Shown: piece by piece, positions 28,871-38,759 of the stretch
Numbering within the stretch: the first letter of the stretch is position 1
Layout: the number at the start of each line of letters is the position of its first letter
From: Chloroflexota bacterium
GTDB lineage: Bacteria > Chloroflexota > UBA11872 > VXOZ01
NCBI GenBank assembly: GCA_963663275.1
Contig: OY760183.1
Span: forward strand, 2,176,001 to 2,240,000
Direction of reading: 5' to 3'
DNA: 64,000 nt
Program-made: the position numbers and the translations under genes
Notes under the pieces: model-generated
Told to the model about the DNA's origin: nothing
Databases searched by the model: none
The model's input: the letters and a program-made list of their open reading frames with translations, nothing else

Positions 28871-30049
28871 GTGGGCGAGACGGCGGACGTTGTCGTTGTA
28901 GGCGGCGGCAGTACCGGTACCAGCATTGCCTGGCGCCTGGCGCAGATGGGCGCGGGCCGGGTCGTGTTGCTGGAACGGCGGGGTCTCGCGGCGCAGGCCA
29001 CGGGCGTGACCGCCGGCATCGTGCGCACCCACTATACCCACGAGACCTTGGCGCGCATGGCCCTGCGCGCGCGCCGGTTCTTCGAGAACTTCGGCGATGA
29101 GACCGGCGGCGACGCCGGATTCCGGCGGGCCGGTTTCCTGGCCTTGCTGGGCCCGGACGACGTGGAAACCGTAGCGGCCAACGTTGCCATGCACCGCGAT
29201 CTCGGTATCAACGCCTTCATCCTCTCGCCCGACGAAATACGGGAAATCGAACCGCGCCTGGCCTTGTTCGGCATTGGCGCGGCCGCGTGGGAGCCGGAGT
29301 CCGGCTATGCCGACCCGGTGCGCGCGACCCTGAGTTTTGCCGACGCCGCCCGGCGGTGCGGCGCGGAACTCCGCGTAGGCGTGGGAGCGGACAGCATCGA
29401 TACGGATGGAAGTAGCGTTACCGGCGTGGCGACGAACGCGGGCTACATCTCCACCCCGGCGGTCGTGGTCGCCAACGGCTTCTCCTCCCGCGCCCTGGTA
29501 GCGCCGCTGGGCATCGACCTTCCCCTTACGCCGATACGACACGCCGTGGCGCTCATGCAACGCGCCGCGCACTTCGGCAAGCCGCATCCCATCATCTCCG
29601 ACCGCGTGCAGGGCAGTTACTACCGCCCCCGGGATGACGGCCAGACCATGGTCGGCAAGACCGCGCCCTACGACGGTGATGAAGATCCGGACGCCGACGC
29701 CTGGCCCGCCCCACAACCGGCTATACTGCAAACCCTGGCCGCGCGGTACCGGCGGCGGTTCCCCAACCAGGGCGCGCCCGCCGTGAACAGCGCCACCTCC
29801 GGCCTCTACGATTGCGCGCCGGACCTCCAGCCGCTGCTCGGACCGGCCCCGGACGTGGCGGGCCTGCATCTCGCCGTCGGTCTGAGCGGCCACGGTTTCA
29901 AGTTGAGTCCCATATTCAGCCAAATGCTGGCGGAGCAGATGCTCACCGGCCGTAGTTCGCAGTTTGACATTACCCTGTTCAGTCCGGCACGCTTTATCCA
30001 GGAACGCCGTATCGTGCCCCAGCACGCCTACTCGGTATCGACTCTGTAG
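28871..30049 (+). CDS. FAD-dependent oxidoreductase (sarcosine oxidase beta / DAO family)
   Basis: VVVVGGGSTG Rossmann motif, GYADP, GLYD..PD..P.LG, GLSGHGFKLSP. Confidence 0.85.
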   Translation: MGETADVVVVGGGSTGTSIAWRLAQMGAGRVVLLERRGLAAQATGVTAGIVRTHYTHETLARMALRARRFFENFGDETGGDAGFRRAGFLALLGPDDVETVAANVAMHRDLGINAFILSPDEIREIEPRLALFGIGAAAWEPESGYADPVRATLSFADAARRCGAELRVGVGADSIDTDGSSVTGVATNAGYISTPAVVVANGFSSRALVAPLGIDLPLTPIRHAVALMQRAAHFGKPHPIISDRVQGSYYRPRDDGQTMVGKTAPYDGDEDPDADAWPAPQPAILQTLAARYRRRFPNQGAPAVNSATSGLYDCAPDLQPLLGPAPDVAGLHLAVGLSGHGFKLSPIFSQMLAEQMLTGRSSQFDITLFSPARFIQERRIVPQHAYSVSTL

Positions 30050-30246
30050 GCAAGTGTGAGAGAATAGCCGCGCAAGAACCATTCAACGTACATCCTCTAC
30101 CGGAGCAGCGAGCGGGCAAGAGGGAGAGAAAGGAGGGCCATCGAGAGAAGACGCAAGCGCCCGCGCAAGACCAAATGTGATGCAATCTGAGTGTGCCGAG
30201 CAGCATTCTTGGCGCACCTGCAGGAGACCACGGGAGGTCAAGAGCA

Positions 30247-31626
30247 ATGGCAACGGGCAACGGATTTACGACACGACGCCGGTTCCTGGGCGGATTTGCC
30301 GCCCTGTCCGGCGCGGCGCTGGCCGCGGCGTGCGGCGCGATGCCGGCCGCGCAGACCGGCGAGATGGCGGAAGAGAAGGAAGCGGAAGCCCCCAAGGAAG
30401 CCGAAGCGCCCCAGGCGGAGGTCATCGAGGTGGTGTGGGCCTGCTACGACCTGCAGGAGCATCGCAACAAGACCCTGCGAGAAATGGCGGAGGTCTGCAA
30501 CAACGCCCTGGACAATCGCGTTACCAGACTCGAAATCGTCACCGAGAACTTCCTGGAGAAGATCCGCACCGAGTTTGTTGCCGGCACCACCACCTACGAC
30601 ATCGTCGTGAACCAGATCAACTGGGTGCAGGCCGGCGCGCGCACGGGCATGTTCCTGCCTATCAGCGACTACATGAAGCGCGACGGCGTATCCCGCGACG
30701 ACTACCTTGACTCCTCTTCCTGGGACGTCAATGGTATTATGTACGGCCTGGCCTTCCTCGGCGGCGGCGACGCCATCTACTACAACAAGGAAATCTTCGA
30801 CAACGAGGGCGTGCCGTATCCGGAAATGGGCACCACGCTGGAGCAGTTGCTCGACGGCGCGACCAAGATGACGAAGCGCACCGGCGACCAGACCACCCAG
30901 TGGGGCTATAACTTCGGCTACGCCTCCCTGGAGGTCAACCTGGGCAGCTTCGTGCTGGACCATGGCGGCCAGGTGCTGAATGAGGAGCGCGACAAGGCGC
31001 TCTACGGCGAGGACCAGAACGCCATCGCGGGCGCACAGATGTACGTGGACATGATCCTCAAGCATCGTGTGGTGCCCTGGGGCGAGGAACGCTCTGAGTT
31101 GCGCAAGGAAGGCGGCGGCGGGCGCCACATCGGCACCGGCAAGTTCGCCATGTCGCAGATCACCTTGATCCCGCTCAAGGGCGCGTATGAGGTGCTCGGC
31201 GACCGGCTCGGCATCGCGCCGATCGGCACCGGCCCGGCGGGCACTCGCAGCCCGGCCACCGGCAGCAACGCCTGGAGCATCATGTCGCTCACCGAGGTGC
31301 CCGACGCGGCCTGGGACGTGTTCCACGTCCTGTGCCAGAAAGAGGCGCAAGACCTCTACGCCGTGCACGCATTTCCCGGACTCTTTGCCTCGGCCAACGT
31401 GTTCCTGGACAACTACCCGGGCATGGACTGGGACATCGTCCTGGACCACTGGCGGGACGACGGCCGCGACTTCTTCCTGACGCCGGAAACCGGCGAATTC
31501 TGGACGACCGCGAACCAGAACCTCCAACCGATGTACACCGGCGAGAGTACCGTGCAGGAAGCGATGAAGACGTCCGCCGACGCGGTGAACGCCCTCTTCG
31601 CGGAACGCCCGGACGACTGGAACTAG
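30247..31626 (+). CDS. ABC transporter extracellular solute-binding lipoprotein (sugar-binding family 1), Tat signal
   Basis: TRRRFL twin-arginine motif, LAAACG lipobox, IYYNKEIFD..GVPYP. Confidence 0.85.
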   Translation: MATGNGFTTRRRFLGGFAALSGAALAAACGAMPAAQTGEMAEEKEAEAPKEAEAPQAEVIEVVWACYDLQEHRNKTLREMAEVCNNALDNRVTRLEIVTENFLEKIRTEFVAGTTTYDIVVNQINWVQAGARTGMFLPISDYMKRDGVSRDDYLDSSSWDVNGIMYGLAFLGGGDAIYYNKEIFDNEGVPYPEMGTTLEQLLDGATKMTKRTGDQTTQWGYNFGYASLEVNLGSFVLDHGGQVLNEERDKALYGEDQNAIAGAQMYVDMILKHRVVPWGEERSELRKEGGGGRHIGTGKFAMSQITLIPLKGAYEVLGDRLGIAPIGTGPAGTRSPATGSNAWSIMSLTEVPDAAWDVFHVLCQKEAQDLYAVHAFPGLFASANVFLDNYPGMDWDIVLDHWRDDGRDFFLTPETGEFWTTANQNLQPMYTGESTVQEAMKTSADAVNALFAERPDDWN

Positions 31627-31840
31627 CCTGGTTGGCAGCGGGGTGCGCTATGGCGCGCCCCGCTATTCCTTGCCGACATTTGCATTGCTGATGAGTCCCT
31701 GTTCGGATCAAACAAGATAGGGACAGGTGGTACCAAAAAGCGAGTCCTCTCGCAAAGTCACGCATGGTCTCGCCTAACCTGTGATTCCCGCGTAGGCGGG
31801 AACCGGGGGGACCGCTCGTCATTTGTATGTTGTAGATACG

Positions 31841-31916
31841 TGTCATTCTGAGGAGCGTAGCGACGAAGAATCTATTGCGCGCGAATTCTAGATTCCTCGC
31901 TGCGCTCGGAATGACA
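31841..31916. repeat. Palindromic repeat family C (TGTCATTCTGAG...GAATGACA)
   Basis: tgtcattctgaggagcgtagcgacgaagaatct...agattcctcgctgcgctcggaatgaca; second copy at 38469-38569. Confidence 0.8.
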
Positions 31917-32067
31917 TGACATCCAGCAATGACATGATCTCCTGCAATGACAAGAGTCCATTTGAGCAAGAGAACGTGGCTGATTCCACTTAATCCTTTC
32001 GCGCTAATGTTCATTTAGTAGCAAACGTGAGTGTCTATTCACACTCCAACCCCGCTGAGGCCCTTCA

Positions 32068-33033
32068 ATGACACTCCGCGAACTCTACGAAACCGCCATC
32101 GAACTCGGCATCGCCCTCGATCCGCGCAGCCGCGCGACGCTCGACGCCGAACTCGCCCGGCGCAAGCAAGAATTCGACGCCTTGCCGGACTGGAAGAAAC
32201 CCTACTTCGACCACGAGCGCCTGCGCAATCCCTACGGCGACGTGCGCATCGTGAACGGCCCGGAAGACGCGGAAGTGCGCACGGCGCTGGCTGGCATCAA
32301 CATCGGCACGGATGAATTTCTCATCGCCGACCGCCTGAAGGACAAAGGCGTGCCGCTCGACGCGATCATCGCGCACCACACCAGCGGCACCGGCATCGGC
32401 CGCTCGCACATCGACGACATTACCCTCATCAACATCGACATCTTCGAGCGGGAAGGCGTGCCGCGCAAGGATGCGGAGAAAGTCCTCTTGCCCTGGATCG
32501 ACGAGTGGCGCACCGGCTACGACGACATGCCCCACCGCATGGGGCCGGACATGGCGCGGCTCTTCGAGATTCCCTTCATCCAGATTCACACGCCGCAAGA
32601 CCTCTATATCGGCGTAGGCATCAAACAGGTGTTCGACGAACTTCAGCCGCGGACGCTCGCCGACGCCGAGGAGGCGCTCATGACTATACCGGAGTTCCAG
32701 GGCGCGGCCCGCCACGGCGCGTACTCTATGGTGCTGGCGGGCGAACCGGATACCCCGCTGGGACGCTACCTCATCCAGGACGCCGGCGGTTGGCTCTGGC
32801 CGCCGACGGCGCAGCCGCTCTTCGCCAAAGCCGGCATAAACACCGTGCTGCAAATCGGCGCTTCCCCGGCTGTGGCCAAGGCGGGCGCGGACGTGGGCGT
32901 GTCGATAGTCCGGCTGCCCCACGCCGCCGCCGACAATCTCGGCATCAACCTCTTCTACGACGAAGTCGAACGCCGCCACGGGCCGCTGGACATCATCGCC
33001 TGCAACTACTTCGAGCGCATCAGGCACACGTAG
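32068..33033 (+). CDS. NIF3-like (NGG1p-interacting factor) metal-binding protein
   Basis: GIALDPR, NPYGDVRI, IIAHH, IHTPQD, HAAADNLGINL pattern. Confidence 0.7.
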   Translation: MTLRELYETAIELGIALDPRSRATLDAELARRKQEFDALPDWKKPYFDHERLRNPYGDVRIVNGPEDAEVRTALAGINIGTDEFLIADRLKDKGVPLDAIIAHHTSGTGIGRSHIDDITLINIDIFEREGVPRKDAEKVLLPWIDEWRTGYDDMPHRMGPDMARLFEIPFIQIHTPQDLYIGVGIKQVFDELQPRTLADAEEALMTIPEFQGAARHGAYSMVLAGEPDTPLGRYLIQDAGGWLWPPTAQPLFAKAGINTVLQIGASPAVAKAGADVGVSIVRLPHAAADNLGINLFYDEVERRHGPLDIIACNYFERIRHT

Positions 33034-33324
33034 CAAATTGCCCACCTGTGCATCACGCCCACTTGGACATACTGTCAACCAGCAATTACTGTCAGCCAGT
33101 ACTCACTTTCAACCTGAGCTGCCGAATTGCCAAGGCTTCCATCTGCCCATATCTCTGGGGGAGTCTCTTGCGTTTCCTTGGACGGCGCGCGATGAAACTC
33201 CCTCTCCCTGGGGAGAGGGCCGGGGTGAGGGGGAAAAGACTGGGATGAAGCCACGACGCTGAATCGGCATCTAGCTGTCGCCCGACCTGTGTGCGACTCA
33301 ATTGATAGCGAAGGAGTAAGAACC

Positions 33325-34362
33325 GTGCGCCGCATCGAACTCTCCGGTACACCCTACGCGATGGGCCTCCAGCACGGCGCGGCGTGCGCCGCGGCAATCA
33401 ATACCGCCATCGAGCGGGTGGTCTATGGCAGGCAAATCGACGCCGCGCACCGCGAACGGGTCGTGCGCCAGAACGAACGCAATGTCGATCGGGTCTTCCC
33501 CGAGGCGCTGGAAGAGATGCAAGGCATCGCCGACGGCGCCGGTCTCAAGCGCGACGACATCCTGGCCTACGCCGCCTGCATGGAGGTGGGCCGCGCCGCG
33601 CCCGGCTGCACCAACGTTGCCGTACGCATGGACGAACACGGCGTGGTGCATTACAAGTCCAACGACGTGGGCAAGGAATCCCTCGGTTCATACCTCTTCT
33701 GGGACATCCGGCCCGACAAGGGGCATCCCTTCATCTGCGTCTCCGGGCCCGGCGCGCCCTGGATGGGGCCGGGCGTGAACGACACCGGCCTCACCTTTGG
33801 CGGCAGCAGCATCATGAACACCGACCAGGACTGGGAGCGGGGCATTCCCACGAATCTGCTGCAGCGCTACCTCTTGCAGTATTGCGCCGACGTAGACGAG
33901 GGCATTGCGCTCTGCGAAAGCACGCCGGTCATGAACCACGGCATGAACATCATGCTCACCGATCCCGGCGCGAACGCGGTGGTGGTGGAACGCTCCGCCA
34001 CGCGCCTGGCCGTGCGGCGCATGGAGAATGACGCCATCTGGTGCGCGAACCACTACGTGACGCCGGAGATGCAACCTGTCGATGGCAGGACGAACGCAGA
34101 CTTCCGCGCAAACAGCGAGGGCCGCGCGGCGCTGCTGGCGGAACTGACTGAGGAAAGACCGCATACGTTAGATCAGGTGAAGCGCATCGCGCGCGCCCAC
34201 GCCGATCCGGTCTCGATGTGCCAGCACGGGCCGATGCACAGCGTCTTCGGCATCATCGCGATCGCCCGCGAGCGCACGCTGCTCGCCAGCGACGGGTATC
34301 CCTGCCAGAATGAGCTTGAAGTCTTTACTATGGACGCCGCCGTCACCGCGGTAAGGAATTGA
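33325..34362 (+). CDS. C45 family autoproteolytic Ntn hydrolase/acyltransferase
   Basis: GTPYAMGLQHG, EEMQGIADG, GCT cleavage site, GVNDTGL, CANHY. Confidence 0.85.
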   Translation: MRRIELSGTPYAMGLQHGAACAAAINTAIERVVYGRQIDAAHRERVVRQNERNVDRVFPEALEEMQGIADGAGLKRDDILAYAACMEVGRAAPGCTNVAVRMDEHGVVHYKSNDVGKESLGSYLFWDIRPDKGHPFICVSGPGAPWMGPGVNDTGLTFGGSSIMNTDQDWERGIPTNLLQRYLLQYCADVDEGIALCESTPVMNHGMNIMLTDPGANAVVVERSATRLAVRRMENDAIWCANHYVTPEMQPVDGRTNADFRANSEGRAALLAELTEERPHTLDQVKRIARAHADPVSMCQHGPMHSVFGIIAIARERTLLASDGYPCQNELEVFTMDAAVTAVRN

Positions 34363-34371
34363 GGAAAGGCC

Positions 34372-36207
34372 ATGAACCAGCCAATACTGCTCCTCTACGC
34401 CGATGATGCGCTCACCACGCCCGTCAGCGCCGAAATTCTGCGCTGCGAGGGTTTTCCCTGGCTGGAAGCGCGGCCGGCGTCAGGCTTCACGGACGCGCCG
34501 CCGGGGGCAGAACTCCTCGTCGTGGCCGGCAGCGGCCTGAGCAACGAAACCGCTGAACGCCTGGCCGCGGCGGTGGCGGGCGGTACGTCCCTTATTGCCC
34601 TCGCGCCGGATCCCGCCCTGCTGCGCGTCTTCGGTGTCACTGCGGGCGAGACCGTCACCGACACCTGGCTTACGGTTAAGCAACTGCCCCGCTGGGAACA
34701 CGGCAGCCTGCCCTTGCTCTGCCCCGATGACGTTGCGCAACCCCTGAACGGCGGCGAGATTGTCGCCGAACTGCGGGACGCGGCGGGCGCGCTCTACGGC
34801 GCCGGCATCGTGGAGGCCCGGCTTGGAGAAGGCACGGCGTGGCTCTACGGCTACGATCTCTGCCAGGCGGTCGTTACCTTTCGCCACGGCGACGGCGACC
34901 TCCACGAGCGACCCTTGCGCGACATGGGACCGCTGAAAGGCCCGCGCCACCTCTACAGCTTCTTCGCACTCTCCGAGAAAACCACCCGCGACGTGCCGGT
35001 GGCGGACGTGCATCAAGATATTCTGCGCACTTTGGTTGCCGAGGCGTTGGCCGACACGCCCTTGCCGCGCCTCTGGTACTTCCCCGACGCCGCGCCGGCT
35101 TTGTGGTTCATCAAGGGCGACGGCTGCGGCGAGCAAGGCGCGCCGGTGCTGGTTGACATAGTGGAGTCCTACGACGCGCTGCTCACCTTCTACCGCGCGC
35201 CGTTCAGCCGCTACGCGGGCGACCTGATGAAAGAGTGGCACGCGCGCGGGCACGCCGTCTCCATCGAGGTGGACCTGACCAGCATCACGCAGTACGCCGT
35301 GCAGGAAAGCGGCGCGCAGGTGCGCTACGGCCGCACGCCGGAAGACCTGAACGAAAACTACCTGCCCGCTCTCCGCGCCAACTTGCAGGAGTCGTGGGAC
35401 GTCTTTCGCCGGGAGACCGGCCTGGACGTGGAGACGATTTGCAGCCACGGCTGCCAGTGGACCGGCTACCCGCTGCTGCAGATCATGCTGGATTTCGGCT
35501 GGTACACGCCCACGCACTTCGCCTCCCACGATCCCCGAATGAGGCGCGACCGCAACTACGGCCCCTACATGATCGGCACCGGCCTCTGCATGCCCTACTT
35601 CCAGCACGGCGTGGGAATTACGGACATGTGGCACATGCCCGCCCAATGGGACGAAAGCCAGACCATCGGCCGCCACGCGGACCTGCTGGCCGGCCCCATG
35701 GCGGACGCGCCGGACCGCGTGGAGGGCATGGTGGGACTCACCTCAGAGGAGTACGGCGTGGAACTGGCGCGCTTTGCCGAGTCGGCGGCCACCCGCTGGC
35801 ACGTGATGCAGATCGCCAACTTCCACCCGGTCTACGCCGCCGGCCCGCAGGACCACGTGCGCGCCTCGCGCCACGCTTTGGAACTGGGCATGGAAGGCGC
35901 GGTTGCCGCCGGTTGCCGCTTCGAAAACCAGGAGAACTATTCCGCCTTCTCCCGCGCGCGCACGGGCGTGCGCCTGACCGAGTCCTACTCTCAGGACGAC
36001 ACCCGCTTCATCACGCTCGAGGCCGGCGCGAACATAACCGGCCTCACCCTGCTCCTGCCCGAAAACGTCGCGTCCGTGCAAGCAAAGGACACGGGCGCGG
36101 CGCTGCCCATCCAACAGGTAACGCTCGAAAGCCGGCAGCAGCGCGCGGTGACTGTCGATCTCAACGCAGGCGCGCCACGTACTCTGTGCTTTAAATCAAT
36201 AGCGTAG
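34372..36207 (+). CDS. Hypothetical protein, possible central polysaccharide-deacetylase-like domain
   Basis: 611-aa ORF with host-like codon usage, RBS GAGGAAAGG, coupled to the C45 gene; LPRLWYFP..KGDG, SHGCQW, NFHP. Confidence 0.6.
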   Translation: MNQPILLLYADDALTTPVSAEILRCEGFPWLEARPASGFTDAPPGAELLVVAGSGLSNETAERLAAAVAGGTSLIALAPDPALLRVFGVTAGETVTDTWLTVKQLPRWEHGSLPLLCPDDVAQPLNGGEIVAELRDAAGALYGAGIVEARLGEGTAWLYGYDLCQAVVTFRHGDGDLHERPLRDMGPLKGPRHLYSFFALSEKTTRDVPVADVHQDILRTLVAEALADTPLPRLWYFPDAAPALWFIKGDGCGEQGAPVLVDIVESYDALLTFYRAPFSRYAGDLMKEWHARGHAVSIEVDLTSITQYAVQESGAQVRYGRTPEDLNENYLPALRANLQESWDVFRRETGLDVETICSHGCQWTGYPLLQIMLDFGWYTPTHFASHDPRMRRDRNYGPYMIGTGLCMPYFQHGVGITDMWHMPAQWDESQTIGRHADLLAGPMADAPDRVEGMVGLTSEEYGVELARFAESAATRWHVMQIANFHPVYAAGPQDHVRASRHALELGMEGAVAAGCRFENQENYSAFSRARTGVRLTESYSQDDTRFITLEAGANITGLTLLLPENVASVQAKDTGAALPIQQVTLESRQQRAVTVDLNAGAPRTLCFKSIA

Positions 36208-36299
36208 CCAAGGCTAGTAAGAGCCGCGTGACCCTATGCCTTGGACTGCTCTGTTCTAAGAATGTCGTCCCTTCACGTACCGTCCCGCCGGGCATGACA

Positions 36300-37022
36300 T
36301 CAACGGCTGAGTATATTGCCCATCCCTGTCATCACGTTACTGGGAATAGATACCCACTGTTTCTTAGGCACCGCTTGCGCCAGACGCTGGCTGTACCCAT
36401 GCTGAGCAGTGATAAGATAGACTTCCACCTCTTTAGCCCGCAAGTCGCGTATGAGATCTAGGAAATCGCCATCCTGGGTAATCAGGACAAGGACTGTGTC
36501 CTGCGGTTCTTGGCCGCAGTCACTTCTAGCCTGGCTCACAATCTCGTCATCAATGTCCTCATCATCTTCCCAGACGCGCCATCCTCGCTTTTCGAGCTCA
36601 TTCGCCGCCAAACTTTGACTGGGACTGGCAAAAGCCTTGAAGCGTCGATAGGATGTAGACGAAAAGCGTCTGTCAAACTCTTGTCTAATCCAAGCGTTCA
36701 CGGATTCCACTGCGATAAGTGGAACCGTCACGTTCTGAAAGTCCCACATAGCAAGTAGGCGAGAACGCCCCTTTGGTTTCTTGGGCACCGGCCGCCTCCT
36801 CTTGAAGAAACTAATCTGACATTTGTGCTCCATGGCGACGGAATAGATGGCTGCCAGAGAATCTGCATCCGGCTTTGTGGCACCAGTTTCCCACCGGGAA
36901 AGGGTATTAGCCGGCACGCCAAGAAGTTTCGCCATCTTTGCCTGAGAAAGCCCTAACTTCCCGCGTAACTGCGCGAGGGTTTCAGGCTTATACTCATACT
37001 TGCCTGCCTTAACCGGCGCCAT
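36300..37022 (-). CDS. XRE-type HTH fused to NYN (PIN-like) domain
   Basis: LRGKLGLSQAKMAKLLGVPANTLSRWETG; then WDFQN, DIDDEI, LITQDGDF acidic NYN motifs. Confidence 0.85.
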   Translation of the reverse strand: MAPVKAGKYEYKPETLAQLRGKLGLSQAKMAKLLGVPANTLSRWETGATKPDADSLAAIYSVAMEHKCQISFFKRRRPVPKKPKGRSRLLAMWDFQNVTVPLIAVESVNAWIRQEFDRRFSSTSYRRFKAFASPSQSLAANELEKRGWRVWEDDEDIDDEIVSQARSDCGQEPQDTVLVLITQDGDFLDLIRDLRAKEVEVYLITAQHGYSQRLAQAVPKKQWVSIPSNVMTGMGNILSR

Positions 37023-37030
37023 GGATAAAG

Positions 37031-37207
37031 CTAACCCCGCTTCTGTGCCGACCTGTTCCCCTGGCGAGAACTATTGAAACTGCCATTGTTAGGGTTTAGC
37101 TGGTTGCTTCGATTGTCCAGCGCAGCCTTATGTGACCGGTTGTTGGGGTTCTTGACATTTGCCCGCTGACTTCCGGATGCGTTCTTACCACTCTTGCTCT
37201 TAGCCAT
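37031..37207 (-). CDS. 58-aa Asn/Lys/Ser-rich micro-protein with two NPNN motifs
   Basis: GGAGGTG RBS before ATG 37207; MAKSKSGKNASGSQRANVKNPNNRSHKAALDNRSNQLNPNN; ends 8 nt before the HTH-NYN start. Confidence 0.75.
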   Translation of the reverse strand: MAKSKSGKNASGSQRANVKNPNNRSHKAALDNRSNQLNPNNGSFNSSRQGNRSAQKRG

Positions 37208-37473
37208 GTTCACCTCCAAAGCTGAATATCATGGCTAGAGTATACCACACAGATACATGGACTACAACCGAACTGTAGATTACACCATCTGTGTATTGGC
37301 AGAAATTCGGGTCTTGGGGTTAGTCGTGCGCTGGCCACTAGTGTCTCACCGCTTGGAACGCAGAAGGATGCACTTGGCAGAGAATTAAGTACGGAGGCTT
37401 GTGCCAGCCCAAATGGAACAAAAAGAGCGCAGGTTATAAACCTGCGCTACCGGTCGGATCTGGCGGGGCATAC

Positions 37474-38205
37474 TTAGGTCACGGGTTTGCGCAGCGCGTA
37501 GATGATGAAGTTCGGCACGCGGATTTCGTCGGCTAGGCCCGGATTCGCGGCGAGTTGCGCCTCAGAGGGCGTCGGCTCGTGGAGGCCGTCGATGACGAAA
37601 CCGGCATCCACAAAGGCGGAAACGTAGCTGGCGAGCGTCCGGTGCATGTTGATGAACGTCTCGCCCCACCATTCGAATTCGCGGGGACCTTCGGTCGTGT
37701 AATTGTCAACGGGGTAGAAGAACTTGCGGCTGCCCTGCCTGATCCAGCCGTTGGGCTGCGCCATGCGCATTGGGTGCACGTTGCACACGATGAAGCGCCC
37801 GCCGGGCCGCAGCACGCGATACGCCGCCTGGATCGACCGCCGGTAATCGAGCACGTCCACCAGCACGATGTACGAAACCGCCAGCTCGAAGCTGGCGTCG
37901 CCGATGTCCGCAAGGTCTTCGGCGTTGCCGACCAGATAGGTCTCTTCGCCGCGTGCCAACGCGCGCGCCGTCTCCACCAGCGCCTCGGTGAGGTCGATGC
38001 CGGTAACGTCCGCGTCGAGACCGGCCAAGACGCGGCAGAAGCGCCCCTCGCCGCAGCCGATGTCCAGCACCCGCCGGCCCGCCACGTCCCCCAGCGCGTC
38101 CAGTATCCAGGAGTCGAGCATACCGGTGCGCACGGTCTGGTCTTGTTGCACCCAGTCCTGGGCGTGTTCGACCCACTGCGCGCGCAGTTCTTGTTCTAAG
38201 CTCAT
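37474..38205 (-). CDS. Class I SAM-dependent methyltransferase
   Basis: VLDIGCGEGR, GIDL, RVLRPGGRF, HRTLASY. Confidence 0.9.
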   Translation of the reverse strand: MSLEQELRAQWVEHAQDWVQQDQTVRTGMLDSWILDALGDVAGRRVLDIGCGEGRFCRVLAGLDADVTGIDLTEALVETARALARGEETYLVGNAEDLADIGDASFELAVSYIVLVDVLDYRRSIQAAYRVLRPGGRFIVCNVHPMRMAQPNGWIRQGSRKFFYPVDNYTTEGPREFEWWGETFINMHRTLASYVSAFVDAGFVIDGLHEPTPSEAQLAANPGLADEIRVPNFIIYALRKPVT

Positions 38206-38250
38206 CGAGTGAGAGGACTCCCAACAAAGACGGTGGTGGTGGTTGACGAT

Positions 38251-38325
38251 TGGCTCCGCGGCGAGGACTCGAACCTCGAACCAGACGGTTAACAGCCGCC
38301 TGCTCTACCATTGAGCTACCGCGGA
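38251..38325 (-). tRNA. tRNA-Asn (GTT)
   Basis: tccgcggtagctcaatggtagagcaggcggctGTTaaccgtctggttcgaggttcgagtcctcgccgcggagCCA; cloverleaf with encoded CCA. Confidence 0.96.
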
Positions 38326-38468
38326 AGGTCGGTGATTCCAGTGTACCAACGCGGGGCGCGAATGGTCAACGGCGGCGGGCGGCCCCCTTCACCCCGGCCC
38401 TCTCGCCAGGGAGAGCTGACAGGGGTAGGCAAAACATTACTGTAGCTATGGTCCGTCCGGCCTCCACC

Positions 38469-38569
38469 TGTCATTCTGAGGAGCGCAGCGACGAAGAATC
38501 TAAAGTCTATGCCAGCGCAAACCTACCGCCTTAGATTCTTCACTCCGCTCCGCTACGTTCAGAATGACA
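38469..38569. repeat. Palindromic repeat family C, second copy
   Basis: tgtcattctgaggagcgcagcgacgaagaatct...agattcttcactccgctccgctacgttcagaatgaca. Confidence 0.8.
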
Positions 38570-38759
38570 GTAGCCAAGTCGATTTTCCATCGATTGCGAG
38601 TAGGCCGATAGCTGAATGCCTACCCCTGTCAGCCCCCAGGGAGAGGGGACTGTTCGCCTCTCAGCGAGGTTACGCACACGCTTCCTCCAGGGAGAGGGAG
38701 GTTTCTCCCCAGGTAAGGAGGCTTCTCGTCTGCGGGTCTCGGTGTGGAATGGGTTTACC

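Noticed and set aside
36208-38325. tRNA-Asn-anchored integrative element
   Set aside because: No integrase and no duplicated tRNA 3' end found in the window.
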